From positions 95,485 to 130,216 of the forward strand of contig NW_027192220.1 in NCBI RefSeq assembly GCF_041956535.1: 34,732 nt of DNA, given 5' to 3'. Shown here one piece after another: positions 27,145-34,732 of this stretch. The notes under the pieces were generated by a model, which was not told the DNA's origin, did not search any database, and saw nothing but the letters and a program-made list of their open reading frames with translations. Position 1 is the first letter of the stretch, and every line of letters starts with the position of its first letter. The position numbers and the translations under genes were made by a program. This DNA is from Calcarisporiella thermophila CBS 279.70 (taxonomy: Eukaryota; Fungi; Calcarisporiellomycota).

Positions 27145-27378
27145 TGTCACAGGGTTCGAATGGTAGACAAAGATCTTTATGAAAATAGAAGATCGGTGAG
27201 GATCCATAAGCGAATGGACTCGTATATAAATAAGAAATCACAAATAACTCAATATGGTTTTCACATGACTAAACTTAAGATATATCTCATAAACACAATA
27301 AAACGACTAACTATCAAAAATAGTAAAGGATATTAACTTTATCTCGGTAACATAATGAGCTGAGTTAATCCTGTTACA
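27145..27378. mobile_element. Solo LTR (234 bp) nested in SINE copy B
   Basis: TG...CA ends with inverted termini TGTCACAGG/CCTGTTACA. 5-bp TSD AGTAC (27140-27144, 27379-27383). The empty site is seen in SINE copy C. Confidence 0.88.
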
Positions 27379-27541
27379 AGTACAAAGATTACATCGGTTT
27401 CACGTACATGCTATTCACGACAACTACAATACACGCATATCAATTGAACGCCTATCGATCAAGGACCTATATCTCGTTATGTTAAGTCCATTGACATTAA
27501 TTTCATGTAATATATGGAAATTAAATAAAAAATTTCCATTG

Positions 27542-27793
27542 CCCTATAGGAAGTCACATAGGGAAAAAATAGGGAAAACATAGGGGAATAATGTGGAAAA
27601 CATAGGGAACACCTCACTTTCCGTATGATTTCCTGATATTTCCTATAATTTTTAGTGGTTTTTATATGGATTTTTATATGGGTAAGGATTTGGAATTTTT
27701 AGAAAAATTAGAGGAAATATTAGGAAATTATTGGGAAAATGAGGTGTTCCGCATGTGTTCCCTATGTTTTCCCTATGCCCACTTCTTATAGGG
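27542..27793. mobile_element. MITE / non-autonomous TIR element (252 bp), CACTA/CMC-like
   Basis: Termini CCCTATAGGAAGT / ACTTCTTATAGGG, reiterated subterminal ATAGGGAA motifs and long imperfect inverted arms. 3-bp TSD TTG (27539-27541, 27794-27796). The empty site is seen in SINE copy C. Confidence 0.85.
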
Positions 27794-27803
27794 TTGATTG
27801 ATC

Positions 27804-30002
27804 CCGATGGATTTGCCATAACACCGAATCGAAGGTGATTTGAGCCGCGTGTCTTACTGTCCTTGGGGCTTCTGGTAGGTCGCCAAGTACGAGATTCCTG
27901 GGGTTCAGCACCTGAGTGTTTAGGGGGCCTAAGATGGTGTTGATACACCTCTCCGCCCAATGCCACACTGACGTGAGTTCGGGACATTCGAAGAAGGTGT
28001 GACGGATGGTGTCCCTCGGAGCGTTACAGCGGGTACATTTCGGGTCATGACCAGGGAATGTCGAGTTTGTAATTACACGCTCTACGCGGATTCGCCAGCG
28101 TAGTGTGCGGTGTTTTGGGAGTGTTGGCCGTTTTTGGATGGAGGTCCAGACCTTTTCCCATTCCTTTGCCGTGGATGCAGCATCTGGCCAGGATTGGGGC
28201 GTCAGCGTTTCTGGTTCCGGAGAGCCATTTCGCTGGAAGTGCCTTCTCCGTCGGATGGAGTATTCCAGGACGGGCGCGCCAGCCAGGTGACAAAGGTGAA
28301 GTGGGAAACGAGGAGGCGGATGTTGTCGGGGTATGGCAGAACATTTCGTGATTTTCTCTACTAGGTTGGGGGGCAGGATAAGGTATCCGTGTTCCCATTG
28401 TAAGGAAAAATCCTTATAGCGACGTTCGCACGCTCTTTTTAGCCTTCCCATGGGTTGCGCGGAGTATCTACGCTCCATTTCCGATTGTATCGGCATGTTC
28501 CGCTCCAAAAAGGCTTGTCGCCGGAGTGAGCTGCATTCAATTCTTTCTCTATTGATAAGGAAGGTTAGGATATCGTTTAGTAGGTACGATGGTGTTGGCG
28601 GTTTCGGCTCCTCAAATTATCGATCTTGTTCTGTAGTTAAAGGGCATTTGTACAGGGGAAGAGACAGTACATCTGGAGTTGACCAGTTGGGTGACGCGAT
28701 CGGGCCGCCTTCGAGAGTGCGCCACTCTTGATACAAGTTATACTAAAATCCCCCTTTGCGTTTGAGTTTGGCACATGTGAAGGTGGTTGCGAAGATGGAC
28801 ATCTCGTATCCGAATGGAGCGTACATGCTCAAGATATTATGCTTCAGAATGCTTGCCCACAGAGGTGTTTTTGGGTCTTGGTTAGGCCTTATTAGTGACT
28901 CTGCGAACTTTGGTATCCATGAGGCAAGTAGGGCTGTTGTTTGGTGGCGAGGGAGAATGAGTCCAAGCCCACCTTCTTCTCGGGATTTTGCTAGCAATTT
29001 GAGACTGATTTGCGGGCCACGTCCATTCCATAAGAACTGCCGTATTATTTCGTCCAGCTCTTTGAAGAAGTATTCAGGTGGGCGTATAATTGTGGCAACG
29101 TACCATATTCGGGACAATAGTCGAGAGTTGATCAGGTGGACTTTACCGAGGAGTGAGAGTTTCCGAATCCTTCATGATTGGATCGTTTGTCTCAGCTTTG
29201 ATAATTGACATGTGTAATAAGCCTCACTTGGATGGTCTGGCATTTGTGTGGGCTTATCTGCTGTCGGAAGGTAAATTGGGATGCCGAGGTCGGTAACTAT
29301 CTCCCCTGCTGGAATGTATTCACATCTGGGCTTTATCGAGGTGCGAGCATGTTGGAGAACGACCAGGCATGATCTAAGTCTGGATAGTTGTTGTGTTACG
29401 ACGGTTATTTCATACTTATACAAATATGTATAAGCAAGTATCTTATCATCATTTTTAGTCATCATCTCCTATTCTATCATATATATAGGATATGCTTTCT
29501 ATCTTTTGAATTCTGTAGTGGTGTGTGTTATTTGTGTTATCCCTTCTATCTGTCTTCTTTCCTTTTATTAATATACTCTTAATCAGTTCCAACAGAGCAC
29601 TTAGCGTGGGAGCGACCGCTTCCATTTTGTTGATGTTGACTTTTGCGTCCGCAGCTCTCGAGTATATGTCGAGGATTTGAAACAGGTGGTCAGCATCTTG
29701 TTGGTCTACAACTCCTAGGGTCAAATCGTCTGCGTAGGCGAGCGCTTTGAGGGGTCGTTGTGGTGCTGAAATGGTAATGCCGCGTATCTTGGCTCTGATT
29801 GCGGCGAGTAGAGGTTCAACTGCGATGTTGTATAGGTATGGAGACAGTGGATCACCTTGTCGAACTCCTCTTGTGATAGGAAATGGAGCCGTTAGAGAGC
29901 CATCTATGCACACTGACGCTTGAATGCCTTCGTGTAATCTATGGATAAAGGATCGAAATCGCGGGCCAAATTTGAACTTCTCTAGGCACCTCTGTATCCA
30001 TC
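27804..30002 (-). mobile_element. Degenerate L1/Tx1-clade non-LTR retrotransposon ORF2 (RT plus CCHC zinc finger), truncated at both ends
   Basis: RGVRQGDPLSPYLY, LAYADD, KVNINK, (Y/D)LGIP, LSLLGKVHLINS, FLW...GGLG, CTRC...HTFFEC...W, LWQIHR. One frame once the solo LTR is removed, with in-frame stops at 29172, 28743 and 28617. Confidence 0.93.
29350..29594. mobile_element. Solo LTR (245 bp), Ty1/copia-type termini, nested in the LINE RT
   Basis: TGTTGGA...TCCAACA termini and 5-bp TSD GAGCA (29345-29349, 29595-29599). Excision restores the frame APTLSA|RTSIKP. Confidence 0.9.
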
Positions 30003-30062
30003 TTGTTTCCTGAAAGTCTATGTGACTTCCTCGCGCAAAAACCAATTTTCCGGTAACCAATT

Positions 30063-30263
30063 TGTTACGGGAGAAAGGAGTTTTGTGTGGAGGGGTGTCC
30101 GGATCTTGATAAAATAAGAAAATTTATCTTTATAGTTCAGAGAATTGGTGTAGAACATTATAACAAACCGAAGGGTTTAAATAAGTCAAGAAAAGTTATA
30201 CGTAAAAGTAAGAGAAATAACGAAATCGAGAGGAAATTAAGGGTGTCGAAATCCTTGTTATAC
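30063..30263. mobile_element. Possible degenerate LTR fragment
   Basis: Starts TGTTACGGGA exactly where similarity to the tRNA-Ala 5' flank ends; a possible end is TCCTTGTTATACA. No TSD found. Confidence 0.3.
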
Positions 30264-30346
30264 ATGTCGTGCTATCACGTTATTTTCGTCATGATACTCG
30301 CGACTATTGCACCTTTACCTTACGCTAACTCGTGCTACACTCTCGA

Positions 30347-30807
30347 TTTTTTTGGGGGGGGATTTATGGATCTTTATTGAAAAGTATCCTTTTAAGTTAG
30401 TATAGTGCCTTGTTAGGAGAAATACATGTAAGTAGTGGTTGATCGTATGAATACCATCCTATTTTTCAAGGACGGTATTATACAAGAGAGGAAAAGAATA
30501 TGGACTAATATAGAAAGAAAGAAAAAAAAAAGGAAAACTAGAATGCGGGTGGTAGGGTATTCGGCAAGGTCGTATTGGAGCTGAGTTTTGGTTGAAGGAT
30601 ATTTCGTCTCCTTGGATTTGTATCAAACTTCCCTTACACCAAAGCTCTTGGAAATCTTCTTTCTTATCCTTTATGGACGCTGACCATCATTTGGATCTCA
30701 CGATTTTTTGCATTTCGTGGCCTAGTTGTTCAGCTAGCGCTATTTCACTTGGTTGTGCGTTATCCATTATCATCGATAATCTTGATCGATAGATGATCCA
30801 AATTGCT
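30347..30807 (-). mobile_element. 5'-truncated LINE 3' end (ORF2 C-terminus, 3' UTR and A7 tail)
   Basis: Minus strand encodes AIWIIYRSR...IVRSK*W...FQELWCKG, like an L1/Tx1 ORF2 C-terminus. It ends AATAAAAGATCCATAAATC8A7. 15-bp TSD GTGCTACACTCTCGA (30332-30346, 30808-30822). Confidence 0.8.
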
Positions 30808-30825
30808 GTGCTACACTCTCGAGTC

Positions 30826-31162
30826 TTTTTTTTTGATCAATCAATGGAAACTTTTATTTAATTTCCATATATTACATGAAGTTAATGTCAATGGACTTAA
30901 CATAACGAGATATAGATCCTTGATCGATAGACTTTCAATCGATATGCGTGTATCGTAGTTGTCGTGTATAGCATGTACGTGAAACCGATGTAATCTTTTG
31001 TACTTATCGTAAGGGCGATCTTATCAATAATCATGACTCAGCTTCTGATCAAGTGGATAGCAGTCACAAACTAAGAGTAAGTGTTGGTGGGGGAAGTGGG
31101 ATTCGAACCCACGCCGTTCTCATCGGCATCCCAGGGATAGTCCACTACACTAACCCTCCCCC
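30826..31162 (-). mobile_element. SINE copy C: intact 337-nt tRNA-derived SINE with A9 tail
   Basis: tRNA-like head with A and B boxes, a unique body and poly(A). Perfect 16-bp TSD GCTACACTCTCGAGTC (30810-30825, 31163-31178). Confidence 0.95.
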
Positions 31163-31242
31163 GCTACACTCTCGAGTCACTTGTGACTGTCAAGGTGACT
31201 TGCCCGTACCAAAAACCAATTTTCTCGTAACAGATTCGGGCT

Positions 31243-31315
31243 GGGGGACTAGCTCAAATGGTAGAGCGCTCGCTTAGCATGCGAGAGGCACCGGGATCGA
31301 TACCCGGGTTCTCCA
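31243..31315 (+). tRNA. tRNA-Ala (anticodon AGC)
   Basis: GGGGGAC/GTTCTCC acceptor stem with G3:U70, anticodon arm CTCGC-TTAGCAT-GCGAG, ATCGA T-loop typical of eukaryotic tRNA-Ala, and an oligo-T terminator near 31327-31332. Confidence 0.96.
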
Positions 31316-32205
31316 AAGCAGTGTAATTTTTTGGTCTTTGAGTACTAAATTTTATGTACTTTTGTAAATAATTTACCAATTCTCAATTGTTTCATTTTGC
31401 TTCACACATAGACAATTTAACTCTAAAGATTTCAGTATGTTTTCGAGGTTTTATCTGATTAAAAATACAGTTGGTGAGTCTCGGATTGTTTTACTGGATA
31501 TTTTTTGAACATACACGACAAAAGCATAAATTCTGAAGATGGGTTAAATTGGCTAGATTAATTTAGCTAATTTGTTCGGCTATGACTATAGCCTTACTCT
31601 AACCACATCGTAGTAGACTACAATGAATTTTCACATAAATGCTATTTCAATAGGCTAAAAAAATGATAAATGAAACCATCACTTAGAAATCTCAGTGTAA
31701 TTGAAATATTTTGATTAACCTATTGTAATTCTGTGAAATCTATCTAGCAAAAAACAAATGGTTTCCCTTTGCGGATTTTAAAATATGCTCAGGCTTGTGC
31801 AAGTGCAAGTTTCAGCTGGATAGTAGACATTAGAAACTTTCTTATGCATAAAGTTTTCTTAGTTCAAATCATATCTCTAAATCCCGACAAGAATAATGAT
31901 AGATTCTATTCAAGGTGACGAACATGGTCGGTAGTTTGCAGTTATTCTGCTCTTGGCAGTAGTAGACAAAGATATTGGCTTCCACCTGAGGATTAATTTT
32001 TGCCGAAGTTGTTACTAGCATTGGGTGTTCTATGAACAAAAAAAAAACTCTCTTGAATCGCTTGTCCTTCAACGTAACTAAAAGTGTTTTTTTCTAACTC
32101 TTTTTATATTTCATTCACCCGCGGTGATACATAACAAGCGTGAAAACCTAATATATAATAATCCACCCTCTGACATTTGGAGCTCGCCTTATCGAAAAAA
32201 AAAAA

Positions 32206-33538
32206 ATGCCATCGGATTGTGAGGCATTAGTAGAAGGTGAAAATGAGGGTTTAATGTCAACACCTCATTCTGATGAGAATCCAACCCGGGCAAAAAGTTC
32301 TCGAAAAAACCTGCTCATAGTTTTTTTCTTATTAATTTACTACGTCTTGTTGCTTGTGATATACAGCGGCGTAAATCTTGGAGGCATTTTCCGGCGCTCG
32401 GTAATCTAGATCTTAATACCCTCTTCAAACTGTATTCATAGCTTAGCCTATTTTTACAATACAGTCACACTACTCGAAGAATTATTGTCGTCTCTACAGT
32501 TACAGTGGCAAATGCTATACTGCTTCGGATATAGAATATGAAGATTTGGATTCGGAAGTATGCTTAGGTGAAAAATCCAAAATACTTCGAGGTGAATGCT
32601 CCGCTTCAATTCCTTGGAATGAAAAAGTTGAATACACGTTTAAAGGTGAAAAAAGTAAAATCCGCATTGATGTTAGCTGCTTGATCGGAGTAAGACTCAT
32701 GTGCAAATTCTTATTTATTCTCCCATGCTGATGATTGCTGAATTTCTTTTAACAGGGTGGCAATGTTGTTATAAAGAATTCAAACGATGTTTTCCAAGCT
32801 GGCATCTCCTTTCATGTGCGTGCCAGTCAACAAGAGCTCCACAAAAAAATAAATATCACAGCCCAAAAAAATCAAGAATCTGATACAAATAATATACATG
32901 TTTTTGCAGACAGCATTGGGCCCGATACCTCGTGTGTGAATGTTGATATTACGATATTACTTTCCAATAAAACGGAACTCCTCGAAATCGACTATCCGAA
33001 TGCCAACTTTGATATATCTGGAGTGCAAATGAATACTTTGAACCTAGATGCCTATAGGGGCAAAGTGAAGGCTAAGGTGATCATAGGTGTGATGAATTTT
33101 GAAGGATAATGAAATTGTACCAATAATGAATATCACTAGGATCTTGCTCTGAGTTCATTAAGGGTGAATATCAGGCGTGGTGATATAGAATTCATGTCAA
33201 CGACCACCGATTATTGTAGCATTAGAACGGGGAGTGACAAATTGAAACTTAATATCAGCCCTACCAATGGCCGCAATGCGTACTATTTTATTGAGAGTAA
33301 TAACTTGGAAATGAAGATTCCGCGTCACCGTTATCAAGGAAGTTTTGCTATCACTTCCTATGACAATGTGAACGGACCAGCATATATTGGTCCCAACCAC
33401 TCGGATCTTATCATTACGAGAAATCTGACTGACGATATATCTGGAAGGGTGTCTATCAACGGTTATTATCAAACTAATCAGACAGATTCAATTTTACAAA
33501 TATACTCATCAAAGAGTTTTCAGCTGAATTTTACTTGA
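32206..33538 (+). CDS. Hypothetical single-pass membrane protein with a beta-rich (adhesin/DUF4097-like) ectodomain, multi-exon
   Basis: N-terminal TM (LLIVFFLLIYYVLLLVIY), followed by open exons separated by GT-AG introns. A paralog lies directly downstream. The domain call is tentative. Confidence 0.6.
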
Positions 33539-34093
33539 TTCTAATTGTGATAGTTTTTGAATAATATCGGCATGATATCACTATTAAATAATAGACATCG
33601 TATTTATATCTAACCCTTCTTCCAATACATTAGAATCTAAGAGTTTTCATTGCTCAATCAGAGTTTAATGCAGTAATACTTGAGCAAAACTATTACCAAA
33701 GCGCTTACTGATTTATAATGCTATTTGCTTAAAAATCGCATTGCATAGATTATAGACTCTATGTGCTAAATATTTTCTCCCTAAATCTGAAACTTCTAAA
33801 GACAGAGACTAATCAGTTGACAATATCGATATAACTCTAAGTACTAGTATGCTATTTCTTAACAAAAATTTCCACAGCATACTGTACTTGAAAACACTAT
33901 TTTTTTTTTTCACCATCGGGAAAGGATAATATTTAAGTAAGTAGACAACATTTTATTGTGTTCGTACTACGAAGCTATCCTCTACTCTTGGCAGCACTTT
34001 TTGTATTATTATAGCGCAACCTTTTGAACACGTGTAACAATTAGAATAAGAATTTTAGATGTACTCAATGGCTCTTTTTATTCTCAAACCGCC

Positions 34094-34732
34094 ATGACTT
34101 CGGATTATGAGGCATTACCGGGATTGACAAATGAGGCGGATGTGGGCAATGTTTGTTCGAATGTCCCCTCTAAGCGGCGAATAATGTGACCTCGAATCAT
34201 CTTAATGACCTTGTTTTCCTTGCTAATATTGGTATTTGGTTGCATGTATTACTTCAACTTCGTAGAAAACCAGGTAAATAGTTGACTTGGTATAGAATAG
34301 CTTGCTGTTTAATCATGAATCACAGGAACATAAACCATAAGTATAATATTGCTCTATTCTTAACGTAGCAGGAGGATTGGGATTGGTCTCAGTATGATAG
34401 TGATTTTTGGAGTATAAAATGTTGCACTAAAAGGGATTTACGTTACTATTCTTCGAGCAATTCCACAACTGAGAAATCTACATTTCTACAGGATAAATGC
34501 CCCGCCTTAATTCCGTGGAATAGCAAATCTGAGCATATTTTTAAAGTTGAGCAGCGCAATATTAACATCGATGTGAGCTGCTTGGTGGGGGTAGGTGATA
34601 TACTAAGAACTTGTAGTTAAGTCATTGCTGTCTGATGAAAGTTATATAGGGGGGTAACGTCATAATAAAGAAATCGAATAACGCCACGCATGGTAGTCCC
34701 TACAAAAAGTCTTTTTAAGGAAATTGCTTAGA
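34094..34732 (+). pseudogene. Tandem paralog of 32206-33538 with an in-frame TGA; runs off the window end
   Basis: MTSDYEAL vs MPSDCEAL, and CPALIPWNSKSEHIFKVEQRNINIDVSCLVG vs CSASIPWNEKVEYTFKGEKSKIRIDVSCLIG with the same intron position. TGA at 34187-34189 lies before the TM segment. Confidence 0.6.

Larger units (their letters stand above)
26985..27803 (+). mobile_element. SINE copy B (tRNA-derived), interrupted by a solo LTR and a MITE, poly(A) lost
   Basis: A-box TAGTGTAGTGG and B-box GGTTCGAATCC. After removing the two inserts it is ~325 nt and colinear with the intact copy at 30826-31162, through the ATTGATTGATC end. Confidence 0.92.

Noticed and set aside
28617-29174. RIP-like hypermutation of the LINE (stops look like transitions from TGG or CAA)
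   Set aside because: Only three stops in about 650 codons and the element is not AT-shifted. A consensus alignment would be needed to claim any bias.
30781-30931. 13-bp match CTTGATCGATAGA between the LINE fragment and the SINE body
   Set aside because: Short, semi-palindromic and not extendable, so probably chance.
30332-31178. Three direct repeats with unique spacers as a CRISPR-like array
   Set aside because: The repeats are 13-16 bp, the spacers are 340-460-bp poly(A) retroelements, the context is eukaryotic and there are no cas genes. They are TSDs.
34187-34189. In-frame TGA as selenocysteine
   Set aside because: It sits in a non-conserved cytosolic linker with no aligned Cys or redox motif, and no SECIS is visible. 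CGA or TGG to TGA mutation is simpler.

Overview
Eukaryotic, intron-containing, AT-rich fungal DNA; an early-diverging lineage is likely but this is inference. Bases 1-25.7 kb are a compact block of genes: an orphan secreted ORF, a 4-TM protein, an MFSD1-like transporter, mitochondrial MnmA/Slm3, TFIIIC subunit Tfc1, Tom6, Sec62, DUF1772, a small CHCH-like protein, a FEX fluoride channel, a SulP sulfate permease, Nma111 protease and an inositol polyphosphate kinase. Bases 26.1-31.3 kb are a nested mobile-element island bounded by two outward-pointing tRNA genes, Val-TAC (minus) and Ala-AGC (plus). It holds three copies of a ~335-nt tRNA-derived SINE, two L1-clade LINE remnants, two solo LTRs and a CACTA-like MITE. 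The main result: every SINE/LINE insertion with a readable target-site duplication (TSD) was inserted 65-68 bp upstream of a tRNA gene, head-to-head with it, at unrelated target sequences, and the sites were re-used so the elements stack. This points to a tRNA-gene-targeted LINE/SINE system in a fungus, analogous to Dictyostelium TRE5. The window ends with a tandem pair of paralogous membrane-anchored genes, the second with a premature stop. All coordinates were read by eye and no searches were run.
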